From Ignavibacteria bacterium (GTDB taxonomy: Bacteria; Bacteroidota; Ignavibacteria; SZUA-365): a DNA stretch of 64,000 bases. The notes below the pieces were generated by a model. That model was not told the origin of the DNA, made no database searches, and worked only from the letters and a program-made list of their open reading frames with translations. Each line of letters starts with the position of its first letter. The stretch's first letter is position 1. Position numbers and translations under genes: made by a program. Shown one piece after another: positions 18,033 to 27,642 of this stretch. The stretch covers positions 4,892 to 68,891 of the forward strand of contig PKTF01000131.1 in assembly GCA_002869275.1 (NCBI GenBank). The letters are read 5' to 3'.

Positions 18033-21000
18033 ATGAAAAAACACATTCGCTTTTTACGGACCATCCTGATATACGCTGCGGCATTGACCGTTGCGTTCAT
18101 CGTCGGCGAGGCGCAGGCGCAACTCAGCATTAACGGGAGTATTCCCCTCGAGACGCTCGTGCGAAACCATTTCATCGGCGGCGGAGCCCAGGTGAGCAAT
18201 ATCACTTACCAGGGCAACGCTGTAAGCATCGGCTACTTCAACGGTGTACGCTCGAACATCGGGATCGACGAAGGTGTGCTGCTGACCAGCGGCAGCATCT
18301 TCTATGCAATCGGTCCTAATACGATGGACGATATCACCTATCCATCGTTCATGCCGGGCGATCCGGACCTGGCCAACCTCGTACACTTCTTCACGCTGGA
18401 TGCCGCAGTGCTGGAATTTGATTTTGTTCCCTACCAGGACAGCGTGCATTTCGAATACGTGTTCGCATCGGAGGAGTATACCGAGTTCGTGGGTTCGGTC
18501 TACAATGACGTGTTTGCCTTTTTCATCAGCGGACCCGGCATCGTCGGCAAGCAGAATATCGCTCTCATCCCGGGTACGACTACGCCGGTAGCGATCAACT
18601 CGGTGAACCATCTCGAGCAGGTGCAGTATTACATCAATAATTACGGTGGCGCGACAGTTGAGTACGACGGCTTCACAACCGTACTCAAGGCTTCGGCGAA
18701 GGTCATCCCCTGTCAGAGCTATCATCTGAAACTGGCGATCGCCGATGTTTCAGACAACCTGCTCGATTCCGGGGTTTTTCTGAAGTCCGGCAGTTTCGAC
18801 GCCGGAAACCTCTTCGAGGTCGTCGCAATCCAGGATGCTCCAGAAGGAGGATGTGTCCCCGGTATCATCGAAGTTCAGCGTCTGGGGAACGTCGACAATC
18901 CGCTCACTCTGAAGTATTACGTGCAGGGTGATGCCACCAACGGTGATGACTACACGACCATTCCGGACTCGATAACATTTTCTGCCGGACAGTCAGCCAT
19001 CCAGATCCCGATTAATGCTCTCCGCGACTCGGTGAAGGACGGTGGCGAATGGGTCACCATCTACATCGAGGATATCTGCGGAACGGGACTCGTCCGTGAC
19101 TCCATTAAGATCCTCGAGATACCGGATATGGAACTGGAGCTGAGCGGCGATACGGTCATCTGCATCGGCTCTGAAATCACGTTGCGCGCGCAGGTGGCCG
19201 GCGGGAGTAATTTTCTCACACTCGACTGGAACGGGTTGGGAGATTCACCGGAACTGACGATCATACCGCAGATTTCCCGTCCCTTCGCCTTCTCCGTATT
19301 CGATTCCCTCACCGGCTGCCGGTTGACGGATACGGTGCATGTGAAGGTGGAGAAACCGCCTGCTGTCAGCGCCGGACCCGACAAAGTGATCTGTCCGGGA
19401 GGCAGTGCGATTCTCGAAGGAGAGGTCGTCGGTGGAACACCACCGTTTCAGATCGTATGGACTCCCATGACGGCCCTCAGCAATCCGGGCATGCTCATGC
19501 CGGAAGCGTCTCCGTCAACGACGACGACATATATTCTGACAGTGACGAGTGCAACGGGCTGTGTAGCGCGCGACACGGTTGTTGTGCGCGTCTCCGCAGT
19601 TGTGATCGACGCAGGTACTGATACCACGATATGCAATGGATCAGGACTGACCATCGGGGGAGTTGCGGGAGGCGGGGTTCCGCCATACACGTACCAGTGG
19701 GAGCCGGCGGCGGAGGTGGGTAATCCTTCATTGCCGTATACCACCGCAGCTCCGACTGCGACAACGACGTACCGGCTCACCGTGCGCAGCAGCAATAACT
19801 GTATTGCCGTCGACAGTGTGACGATCACCGTTTCTGACATTGCGCTGGATGCCGGTCCGGACCTTCGGCTCTGCGCCGGGGAGGCCAGGGTGATCGGTGA
19901 TACCGCCTGGACCACGCATGCGCCTGTCAGCTATGTCTGGGAACCGGAAGTAGGGCTCGACAGCAGGTTTATCCCGACGCCGACCGCTTCTCCCACCGTG
20001 AGCACGACATACACCGTGGTTGCCACAAATCGTTACGGTTGCGTCATGCGCGATACGGTGTACGTGGAAGTGAACGATCTGGAAATCGATGCCGGCGGAC
20101 CGCATGCCATTTGTCCGGGAGACAGCGTGCAGCTCGCTGCGGCAGTGCTCAGCGGGAGTACTCCCTATGTTTTCCGCTGGGACGCTGCATCGAGCCTCAG
20201 TGCAACGGATATCAACAATCCCTTCGCACGTCCCGCCATGAGCACCTGGTATCGCCTGACCGTGATCGACGGAGCCGGATGCGCGGCCACCGACTCAGTG
20301 CTCGTGACAGTCTGGCCTCTGCCGACCGTGGAAATCACTCCACTCGGTTCACCCGTATTCTGCCTCGGCGACAGCGTTCGACTTGATGCGGGATCGGGAT
20401 TTGCCAGTTATCGCTGGTCGACGGGCGAGACAACGCGCAGCATCACCGTACGTGACCCCGGATGGTACCAGGTCGCCGTCACCTCAGCGGATGGCTGTTC
20501 GGCCGTCTCCGACAGTATGGAAGTCATCGTCAGCGAACGACCCTCGCCTCGGATTACCGGTCCGCTTTCGCTTTGTGAGAATGAGAAAGGCGTGTACTCC
20601 GTGCCTGAGGTTCCGGGCTCCACCTACAACTGGACTGTAACCGGCGGGTTTATCACGGAAGGGCATGGCACTTCCAGTATTACGGTGCTGTTCGAGGACC
20701 CCGGCAGCTATCCCATCAGAATTGAACAGGTGTTCGGTTCGGCGTCCTGCCGTGGCGACACGCTGATTACCGTTACGGTGCATCCGAACCCCGAACCCGT
20801 GATCAGCGCAAACGGACCTCTCGCATTCTGTGAAGGGGAGAGCGTCATGCTGCTTGCACCGGCCGGGTTCGCCCGGTATGAGTGGTCGACCGGCGACAGC
20901 ACGCGTCAGATCACGGTCGTAGGCAGCGGATCGTATTCGGTGCGCGTTGTCAGCGCCGAGGGTTGTGAAGGGGTCTCGCCTCCGGTAGAGGTGACGATTC

Positions 21001-22334
21001 TTCCTCCGCCTGAACCCGTGATCGCCATCCTCACGCCGTTGCCTGTGTGCGACGGCGGAGAGATCATTCTCGGATTGACGGAGTCTTACGCGGCATACGC
21101 GTGGTCGACCGGATCAGACCAGAGCAGCATCGCCGTCACCAGCGCGGGGTACTACCGCGTACATGTCACGAACGATGACGGCTGCTCGGCGTGGTCGGAT
21201 TCAGTGTTTGTTGAATTCGCCCCCTTGCCCGATCCGGAGATTGCGCCAGACGGACCATTGTCGTTCTGCCAGGGCGATTCGGTACGCCTCTTCGCGACCG
21301 AGCTGTTTGTTCGCTACCTCTGGAACACCGGCGATACGACCTCATCGATCGTGGTGCGCAGCAGTGGAGATTATGCGGTTCGCGTCTGGACGGCAGACGG
21401 ATGCGATGGGCTTTCGAACGAGCTGACAGTGACGGTGTACGACCTCCCGCCGCTTCCGGTCATCACACGTGACGGCAGCATCCTGACCTCCACGCCTGCG
21501 GCGGAGTACCAGTGGTACCATGAGATCGACGGACGTTTCATCCGGATTCCCGGAGCGCAGGGTCAGGAGTTCACTGCGGTTTCCAACCGACGATATATCG
21601 TTGAAATCAAGGACAGATATGGCTGCACAGCCATATCCCTGCCGTACCGATGGACTGAGGAGATTCTGGCCACCTCCACGGTTTTGCTTCCTTCGCTCGA
21701 GGCATACCCGGGAGACATCGTGACCATCGATCTGCGTCTGGTGGAACAGCAGTACCTGTCGCTAATGGATGTGCATTCGTTCGAGGCGGAGGTGGCATTC
21801 AATGGCAGTCTCCTGGTTCCGACCGGAAGCACACCGCAGGGCAGACTTGAAAATGGATTTCGCATCATTCCGGTTGAGGGGGAATACGACAGCACCAGGC
21901 AGTTTCTCTCCCGCATGCAATTCCTGGCCACCCTGGGAAATGCCGAGTCGACACCGCTTCTCATCAGGCAGTTCTTCTGGAATCAACCCGATGTGGAGAT
22001 CACAACCATTGCCGGAGAGTTTTCGCTGGGAATCTGTCGTGAAGGCGGCGACAGGCTGTTCGATGCCACGGGGCAGCTCACGCTCGAGCCGAATCACCCC
22101 AATCCGTTCAATGCGATGACGATCATCACATACGAGATCATCGAACGCGGCCACACCGAGCTGTACGTGATGGACATGCTCGGCAGGAGGGTGGCGACGC
22201 TGGTTGCGGGTGAGGTCGAAGCCGGTCGTTACCAGGTTGCCTTCGACGCCGGGAGACTGCCGTCGGGTATGTATATCAGCGTGCTCCATACACCCACGCA
22301 GGTACGCATGCAGCGCATGAAATTGCTCAAATAG
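18033..22334 (+). CDS. Giant T9SS-secreted adhesin-like protein: choice-of-anchor L domain, Cys-containing tandem repeats, type-A C-terminal sorting domain
   Basis: Signal peptide. Residues about 30-260 carry the choice-of-anchor L signature (GDPDLANL...LDAAVLEFDFVP...FEYVFASEEYTEFVGSVYNDVFAFFISGPG). Two families of tandem repeats follow. The C-terminal about 80 aa match the Por-secretion type-A sorting domain (PNPFN...LYVMDMLGRRVATL...SGMYISVL...MKLLK). Confidence 0.85.
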   Translation: MKKHIRFLRTILIYAAALTVAFIVGEAQAQLSINGSIPLETLVRNHFIGGGAQVSNITYQGNAVSIGYFNGVRSNIGIDEGVLLTSGSIFYAIGPNTMDDITYPSFMPGDPDLANLVHFFTLDAAVLEFDFVPYQDSVHFEYVFASEEYTEFVGSVYNDVFAFFISGPGIVGKQNIALIPGTTTPVAINSVNHLEQVQYYINNYGGATVEYDGFTTVLKASAKVIPCQSYHLKLAIADVSDNLLDSGVFLKSGSFDAGNLFEVVAIQDAPEGGCVPGIIEVQRLGNVDNPLTLKYYVQGDATNGDDYTTIPDSITFSAGQSAIQIPINALRDSVKDGGEWVTIYIEDICGTGLVRDSIKILEIPDMELELSGDTVICIGSEITLRAQVAGGSNFLTLDWNGLGDSPELTIIPQISRPFAFSVFDSLTGCRLTDTVHVKVEKPPAVSAGPDKVICPGGSAILEGEVVGGTPPFQIVWTPMTALSNPGMLMPEASPSTTTTYILTVTSATGCVARDTVVVRVSAVVIDAGTDTTICNGSGLTIGGVAGGGVPPYTYQWEPAAEVGNPSLPYTTAAPTATTTYRLTVRSSNNCIAVDSVTITVSDIALDAGPDLRLCAGEARVIGDTAWTTHAPVSYVWEPEVGLDSRFIPTPTASPTVSTTYTVVATNRYGCVMRDTVYVEVNDLEIDAGGPHAICPGDSVQLAAAVLSGSTPYVFRWDAASSLSATDINNPFARPAMSTWYRLTVIDGAGCAATDSVLVTVWPLPTVEITPLGSPVFCLGDSVRLDAGSGFASYRWSTGETTRSITVRDPGWYQVAVTSADGCSAVSDSMEVIVSERPSPRITGPLSLCENEKGVYSVPEVPGSTYNWTVTGGFITEGHGTSSITVLFEDPGSYPIRIEQVFGSASCRGDTLITVTVHPNPEPVISANGPLAFCEGESVMLLAPAGFARYEWSTGDSTRQITVVGSGSYSVRVVSAEGCEGVSPPVEVTILPPPEPVIAILTPLPVCDGGEIILGLTESYAAYAWSTGSDQSSIAVTSAGYYRVHVTNDDGCSAWSDSVFVEFAPLPDPEIAPDGPLSFCQGDSVRLFATELFVRYLWNTGDTTSSIVVRSSGDYAVRVWTADGCDGLSNELTVTVYDLPPLPVITRDGSILTSTPAAEYQWYHEIDGRFIRIPGAQGQEFTAVSNRRYIVEIKDRYGCTAISLPYRWTEEILATSTVLLPSLEAYPGDIVTIDLRLVEQQYLSLMDVHSFEAEVAFNGSLLVPTGSTPQGRLENGFRIIPVEGEYDSTRQFLSRMQFLATLGNAESTPLLIRQFFWNQPDVEITTIAGEFSLGICREGGDRLFDATGQLTLEPNHPNPFNAMTIITYEIIERGHTELYVMDMLGRRVATLVAGEVEAGRYQVAFDAGRLPSGMYISVLHTPTQVRMQRMKLLK
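19150..20320 (+). repeat. Five tandem protein-coding repeats of about 75-80 aa (SprB-repeat-like C-x-G...GG-x-x-P-Y-x-Y-x-W ... TTY-x-LTV ... GC-x-x-D-x-V) inside the adhesin gene
   Basis: Read directly from the translation: ICPGGSAILEGEVVGGTPPFQIVW..., ICNGSGLTIGGVAGGGVPPYTYQWEP..., LCAGEARVIG...VSYVWEP..., ICPGDSVQLAAAVLSGSTPYVFRWDA... Confidence 0.7.
20320..21655 (+). repeat. Six tandem protein-coding repeats of about 72-80 aa (P-x-P-x-I ... FC-x-GDSV-x-L-x-A ... Y-x-WSTG-x-TT-x-SI-x-V ... GC) inside the adhesin gene
   Basis: Examples: FCLGDSVRLDAGSGFASYRWSTGETTRSITV, FCEGESVMLLAPAGFARYEWSTGDSTRQITV, FCQGDSVRLFATELFVRYLWNTGDTTSSIVV. The second and sixth copies are diverged. Confidence 0.7.
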
Positions 22335-22346
22335 TCCTCAGGCAGG

Positions 22347-22808
22347 CTAATCGGCCAGTTTCAGAATCGTGTTGAATTCCTGCCGTGATACGGGCTGCAC
22401 CGACAGACGGCTGCCTTTGCGCAGCAGTTCCATGTCGGCAAGTTTCGACTGCGTCCGGAGAGACTCGAGGGACAGGGGAGTGGCGAACTTTCTTTCAAAA
22501 GCGATATCCACCATGAACCAGCGTGGCGCATCTTCCTTCGCCTTGGGGTCGAATTTGGGGTGGCCCTGTTCGAATTGCGTATGATCCGGATATCCATCCG
22601 CGACCACAACTGCCGTGCCCACGACTGCCGGAGGGTCCGCATTACTGTGATAGAACAGGACGTGGTCACCGGTTTTGATGTCGTCACGCAGCATGTTGCG
22701 GGCCTGATAGTTCCGTACCCCGTCCCAGAATGTGCGACCGTCCCTCTCGAGGTCGTCGATGCTGTACGCCCCGGGTTCACTTTTGAATAACCAGTACTTC
22801 GTGGCCAT
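22347..22808 (-). CDS. EVE (PUA-like) domain protein
   Basis: MATKYWLFKSEPGAYSIDDL ... typical EVE-domain N-terminus. Start placed at the ATG at 22808; the longer track ORF extends upstream. Confidence 0.7.
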   Translation of the reverse strand: MATKYWLFKSEPGAYSIDDLERDGRTFWDGVRNYQARNMLRDDIKTGDHVLFYHSNADPPAVVGTAVVVADGYPDHTQFEQGHPKFDPKAKEDAPRWFMVDIAFERKFATPLSLESLRTQSKLADMELLRKGSRLSVQPVSRQEFNTILKLAD

Positions 22809-23020
22809 GTGCTGACTCCGTCGTTGAATATCTATTTCGAGAAACACAACACACTGTATGCCTCAAGCGTTTCCTCGGCTGGAACAGAGATGCACGCGCG
22901 ATGGTATAATTCTTATGGCCCGGGCGACTTTGTCCTTGATTCCAATGAAGTTGTTTCCGCCTCCCCCTTTGAGTATTTTGCCCTATTAAGTCCGGCAAGA
23001 CTGCCGGAGGAACAAAAAAA

Positions 23021-23644
23021 ATGATTCACGCCCTTATCAGTGACCTCGGCAATGTCCTGCTCCATTTTGACCACCGCATCATCGCGGCGCGTCTGAAGCA
23101 TGATTTTCCCGAAGCACAATGGACGCCTGAGCAGGAACAGAGTTTTTGGACTCTTGTTCGCAATTTCGAATCAGGTGTGGTGGACACAGAGGTGTTTCTC
23201 CGCGAAACGGGCACATTGCTCGGCTCCGATGGTCCGCTGGATGTCGATCACTTCCGCATACTCTGGGGCGATATTTTCTGGTTGAATGACGAGTACCTGT
23301 CTCTGATGCAGGAACTGCGGGATTCGTTGAAGCTCGTGATGCTTTCGAATACGAATCCGCTGCACATCGATTTCGCACGCGAACGATTTCCTGAGGTGTT
23401 CGAGGCCTTTCCCGATACCGTCTACTCTTACGAGATCGGTAGCGGCAAGCCCGATGCCGTCATCTACAGGGCCGCTCTCGAACGTGCGGCCGTCACACCA
23501 GACGAAACGCTCTATTTCGATGATATTTCCGCCTATGTTGAGGCGGCCAACTCCCTCGGTATGCACGGTCATCAATACGTGTCTGTCCAGGGGGTGCGTG
23601 ACGTGCTGCAGATGTACGATGTGCCCGTTACGCTACCGGAGTAA
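23021..23644 (+). CDS. HAD-superfamily hydrolase
   Basis: Motif I ISDLGNVLL (DxG), motif II MLSNT, motif III/IV GSGKPD ... YFDDIS. Confidence 0.7.
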   Translation: MIHALISDLGNVLLHFDHRIIAARLKHDFPEAQWTPEQEQSFWTLVRNFESGVVDTEVFLRETGTLLGSDGPLDVDHFRILWGDIFWLNDEYLSLMQELRDSLKLVMLSNTNPLHIDFARERFPEVFEAFPDTVYSYEIGSGKPDAVIYRAALERAAVTPDETLYFDDISAYVEAANSLGMHGHQYVSVQGVRDVLQMYDVPVTLPE

Positions 23645-23683
23645 CAAAGATTCACTTTGCATCAATTAGCAAGGATTGTGTGC

Positions 23684-24193
23684 ATGAAAAAGTTTGTTGT
23701 ACTGCTCGCAGTGTTCATCAGTATCGGATCTCAGGCGATTGCCCAGGATCTGTCCTCGGTTGACCTGTACCTTCGCGATATCGACGGAGACGAGCATTCG
23801 TTCCAGGACTATCTCGCAGATGTCCGTGACGCCGGCGACAAAGGCGCCGTCATCATCAGCTTCTGGGCCATGTGGTGCGAACCATGTAAACAGGAGATGA
23901 AAGCTCTTGTCAAGACGTATAAGAAATACAAGGACAAGAACCTGCATTATCTCGCCATCAACCTCGATAACCCGCGCAGCCTGGCCAAGGTCAAGGCCTA
24001 TGTAAAGGCTCAGAAACTGCCTTACGATTTCTGGCTTGATCCGAACAGCGAAGTTTTCAAGAAGCTGAACGGTCAGGGCATGCCGTATTCGCTGATCGTC
24101 AATCAGAATGGCGAACTGATTGCGAAACGCACCGGGTACATTGCCGGTGACGAAAAGGAGATCGAGGAAGACATCAAGAAAATCCTGGAGTGA
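23684..24193 (+). CDS. TlpA-like thiol:disulfide oxidoreductase (thioredoxin/redoxin family), secreted
   Basis: Signal peptide MKKFVVLLAVFISIGSQAIA. Active site WAMWCEPCKQE (CxxC). Confidence 0.8.
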   Translation: MKKFVVLLAVFISIGSQAIAQDLSSVDLYLRDIDGDEHSFQDYLADVRDAGDKGAVIISFWAMWCEPCKQEMKALVKTYKKYKDKNLHYLAINLDNPRSLAKVKAYVKAQKLPYDFWLDPNSEVFKKLNGQGMPYSLIVNQNGELIAKRTGYIAGDEKEIEEDIKKILE

Positions 24194-24196
24194 TGC

Positions 24197-25801
24197 ATGA
24201 AACGTCTTGTACTTTTTACAGCGGTGCTGACGATGCTCTGCTCCGCTTCAGCATGGGCGCAGGTACAGTATTCCGTCGGTAATTTCATGCGGTACGGCAA
24301 CGGTGAACAGACCGTCGGGGGCACGCCGCGTGCGAAGGAATACATCGAGAATCAGACCAACGTCCGACTGTTCTGGGATAATTTCACTGTCGGCTTCGAA
24401 TACCTGTATGACGATCCCCCTGAGTTCGGTCCCCGGTTTCAGGGTATTCGCAAACGCTATGTGGAGTTTGCAAAGAAAGGGCTCGAACTCCGCGCCGGTG
24501 ATTTCTATACTCTGTATGGCAAGGGACTCGCGATGAATCTCTTCGAGAATCGCGGGATCAATTACGATACCAGACTTGACGGTATCCGGGGGACATACCG
24601 CAACAGGCATATGAATGCCATTTTCGCAATGGGTACGCTGAAATATTATGACTTGCTCAATTCCGATCGCATCGAGCAGTATTCGGTGAAATCCGGACAT
24701 ATGGAAGTCAGGCCATTTCGTTTCATGCGAATCGGCGGTAGTATCGTCAGTGCGGATGGTGACCTGCCGATGGCGTTCGGGATGGACGAAGTCCATGCCG
24801 ATATCCCTGAATTCATGATGTCGTTACGGGGAATGGGCTTTGACGTCTTCGTGCAGCGTGCATGGAAGCGCTCGAGTATCTACAGTCCGACTGCGGACGG
24901 TGCATTCACCTCCTACGAACGTGATGGTGACGCCTGGTACGGAAGCGTGTCGTACACCGCGGATTTCGGACTCGGCATGACATTCGAATACAAGGATTAC
25001 CGCTTCGATGTTGTCGGTGAAGAAGAGCGTGATCCAAATCGTCCGGGGCGCATGCTGCCGATGCAGAACCCACCCATCGTGCACAAGGAGCATTACTTTA
25101 CTCTGCTCTCGCGTAATCCGCATGTCGTCGATTTTAACGATGAAATCGGTATGCAAATGGACGTGTTTTATTCGGTTTCTCCGAGTATGACGATCAACCT
25201 CAACGGTGCTGTGGCCAGCCGGCATGACGGGTATACATCCAGCAACGGCTTCCTCGTAACCCATGAGAGGGATGTGGAGTTCATGCCGACACTGGATGAG
25301 AAATTCTCACCATTCTACGAGCTGTACGGCGAGGTGGAATGGTATTTCACAGAGCACTCGTATGTGCGCGCAGCAGCCAACCGGCGTTACGATGCACCCT
25401 ACGAGGCCAATCAGGCGCATGAGCAGTCGAGTTGGACGTTCCCCATTCGTATCGAGTACATGCTCGATGATGAGTACAGCATCGGGGCCGCCTTCGAGCA
25501 GCAGTTCTACCACGACTCGTTCCTGGCGAAGCCTGACTATTTTAACGAGTTTGTCTCATTGACATTCGCAAAGGCGGCAGCATGGTCTGCCACGCTGCGT
25601 ATGGAATACACGACGGACGAAGCCGACCAGACCGGAAAGGACTTCTGGCGCAGTGTTGAGCTTGCGTACCGTCTCGGAAATGACCACCTCGCAACGATCA
25701 GTTACGGTACCGAGCGTGGTGGATTGATCTGCACCAGCGGCATCTGCCGCGAGATTCTACCCTTCGATGGAGTGAGGATTTCGCTGCTGTCGCAACTGTG
25801 A
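24197..25801 (+). CDS. Hypothetical outer-membrane beta-barrel protein with a C-terminal CxxxxC motif, probably co-transcribed with the TlpA-like gene (possibly DUF6029-like)
   Basis: Signal peptide MKRLVLFTAVLTMLCSASAWAQ. Aromatic-rich alternating strands. C-terminus ERGGLICTSGICREILPFDGVRISLL. Begins 4 nt after the tlpA-like stop. Confidence 0.55.
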   Translation: MKRLVLFTAVLTMLCSASAWAQVQYSVGNFMRYGNGEQTVGGTPRAKEYIENQTNVRLFWDNFTVGFEYLYDDPPEFGPRFQGIRKRYVEFAKKGLELRAGDFYTLYGKGLAMNLFENRGINYDTRLDGIRGTYRNRHMNAIFAMGTLKYYDLLNSDRIEQYSVKSGHMEVRPFRFMRIGGSIVSADGDLPMAFGMDEVHADIPEFMMSLRGMGFDVFVQRAWKRSSIYSPTADGAFTSYERDGDAWYGSVSYTADFGLGMTFEYKDYRFDVVGEEERDPNRPGRMLPMQNPPIVHKEHYFTLLSRNPHVVDFNDEIGMQMDVFYSVSPSMTINLNGAVASRHDGYTSSNGFLVTHERDVEFMPTLDEKFSPFYELYGEVEWYFTEHSYVRAAANRRYDAPYEANQAHEQSSWTFPIRIEYMLDDEYSIGAAFEQQFYHDSFLAKPDYFNEFVSLTFAKAAAWSATLRMEYTTDEADQTGKDFWRSVELAYRLGNDHLATISYGTERGGLICTSGICREILPFDGVRISLLSQL

Positions 25802-25841
25802 TCAGAATTAATTGAGTATTATCAAGTACGACATCGGTAAT

Positions 25842-25865
25842 GCCGGACGCAACGACGCGTCCGGC
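25842..25865 (+). terminator. Hairpin (possible terminator) downstream of the barrel gene
   Basis: GCCGGACGC aacgac GCGTCCGGC, a 9-bp stem; only a weak T tract follows. Confidence 0.35.
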
Positions 25866-25893
25866 TTCGCCGGATTAGACATATAGAGAAACG

Positions 25894-27477
25894 ATGCAAA
25901 AGGAAATTATTATTAATGCCACTGACGATCTGCAACGAATTGCGATCGTCGAAGATGGCAAGCTTGCCGAACTGTTCATCGAGAGCGAGGAAAAGGAACG
26001 GATGGTCGGCGATATCTATCTTGGCACGGTGGCCAAGGTGATGCCCGGAATACAGGCGTCATTCCTCAACATCGGATTGGGGCAGGACGCGTTCCTCCAC
26101 TTTTCGGATGTTGGCGATGCCTTTCGGGAATACGCTGCACTGACCGGCGACGACGATGTGATTGTAGAGCTGAAGGATGACGACAACGAAGATAACGGCG
26201 AGAAGGAAAAAGAGCAGAAGCGCGGTCGCAGGTACCGTCGGCCGCCATCGCAGGTGCAGCTGGCGAAGGGGCAGGAAATCGTCGTCCAGATCTTCAAGGA
26301 ACCGGTGGGAAACAAGGGCGTCCGCGTGACAACCGAAGTGGCTCTGCCCGGACGGTTTCTCGTACTGATGCCCTTCGACAATAAAATCGGCGTTTCGCGA
26401 AAGATCCAGAACTTCAAAGAGAAACGACGTCTGCGCCGGCTTGTGCGTTCGATTCTGCCCACGGGTTTCGGTGTCATTATCCGTACCGTGGCGGAAGGCA
26501 AAGCCGAGGATATACTTCGTGCGGACCTTGAAGGACTGATACAGTCCTGGCGTGAAATCGAGCGGAACATGCGCAAGTCGCGTCCGCCGGCGCAGCTGTA
26601 CAAGGACATGAATACTTCATCCAGCACGATGCGTGATCTGTTTTCAGAAGATGTACGCCGTGTCGCCGTTGATTCCCGAAAAATGTACCGGGAAATTCGT
26701 GGCTATCTGAACCTGGTGGCGCCGCACAAAGTGGACGTGCTCGAGCTGCACAACGATCGCGTTCCCATCTATGACAAGTACGAGATTGAAAAACAGATCC
26801 AGCAGTCGATGAGCCGACGGGTCTGGCTGAAGAGCGGTGGCTATCTGATCATCGAGCACACTGAGGCAATGAAAGTCATCGATGTGAACAGTGGGCGCTA
26901 TGCTGCGAAACGCGAACAGGAACTGAATTCCTTCCGCACAAACTCCGAAGCAGCACGTGAGATTGCCCGGCAGATTCGTTTGCGGGACCTGGGTGGAATT
27001 ATCGTCATCGATTATATCGACATGGACTCCGAGGAGAACAAGCGTAAGCTCTATGACGAGATGCGGCGTGAGATGCGGCGTGACCGGGCCAAGTATACAA
27101 TTCTGCCACTGACGGATTTCGGGCTCATGCAGATCACACGGCAGCGTATTCGCGATAGCGTTCAGATGTCGGTAAGCGACAGCTGTCCCACATGCCAGGG
27201 TACCGGTCGTGTGCTGTCGAAGACCTCGCTGTTGACGCAGATCGAACGCTGGATGCGCCGCTTTAGAATACAGAGCAAGGATCTTCGGCTCACGCTGGAG
27301 GTACATCCTACCATGGCGCAGTATCTCACCGACGGGACGATTTCACACATCTCCCGTATGATGCTCAAATATTTTGTCCGTGTGAAGGTGGTCTCTGACC
27401 ATACGCTCGCGGTGGATGAGTTCCGTATGATTTCACGTCGTCGGAACAAGGATATCACCAAGGAGTACGGTCTGTGA
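25894..27477 (+). CDS. rng: Ribonuclease G/E family endoribonuclease
   Basis: S1 domain (GDIYLGTVAKVMPGIQASFLNIG), catalytic region VIDVNSG ... GGIIVIDYIDM, Zn-link CPTCQGTG. Confidence 0.85.
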   Translation: MQKEIIINATDDLQRIAIVEDGKLAELFIESEEKERMVGDIYLGTVAKVMPGIQASFLNIGLGQDAFLHFSDVGDAFREYAALTGDDDVIVELKDDDNEDNGEKEKEQKRGRRYRRPPSQVQLAKGQEIVVQIFKEPVGNKGVRVTTEVALPGRFLVLMPFDNKIGVSRKIQNFKEKRRLRRLVRSILPTGFGVIIRTVAEGKAEDILRADLEGLIQSWREIERNMRKSRPPAQLYKDMNTSSSTMRDLFSEDVRRVAVDSRKMYREIRGYLNLVAPHKVDVLELHNDRVPIYDKYEIEKQIQQSMSRRVWLKSGGYLIIEHTEAMKVIDVNSGRYAAKREQELNSFRTNSEAAREIARQIRLRDLGGIIVIDYIDMDSEENKRKLYDEMRREMRRDRAKYTILPLTDFGLMQITRQRIRDSVQMSVSDSCPTCQGTGRVLSKTSLLTQIERWMRRFRIQSKDLRLTLEVHPTMAQYLTDGTISHISRMMLKYFVRVKVVSDHTLAVDEFRMISRRRNKDITKEYGL

Positions 27478-27546
27478 CCATCCCAGGATTTCCAGCAGGG
27501 GACGCGGCTGTAACTTGCTGAAAACAAAGGCTTTCCGGATGACAAG

Positions 27547-27573
27547 GCCGGTGGATTTCCACCGGCTTTTTTT
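27547..27573 (+). terminator. Rho-independent terminator after rng
   Basis: GCCGGTGG attt CCACCGGC followed by TTTTTTT. Confidence 0.7.
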
Positions 27574-27642
27574 GTATATTTCAATGATAGCGACTCTTCA
27601 ATTATTCCGCACCACACAACGCGTTTTGCATCGGAGGACTTC

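Noticed and set aside
27478-27642. Possible oriC / DnaA-box cluster upstream of dnaN
   Set aside because: Spacer is only 165 nt, contains a terminator for rng, and I could not find repeated TTATCCACA-like boxes or an AT-rich unwinding element; dnaA is not adjacent.
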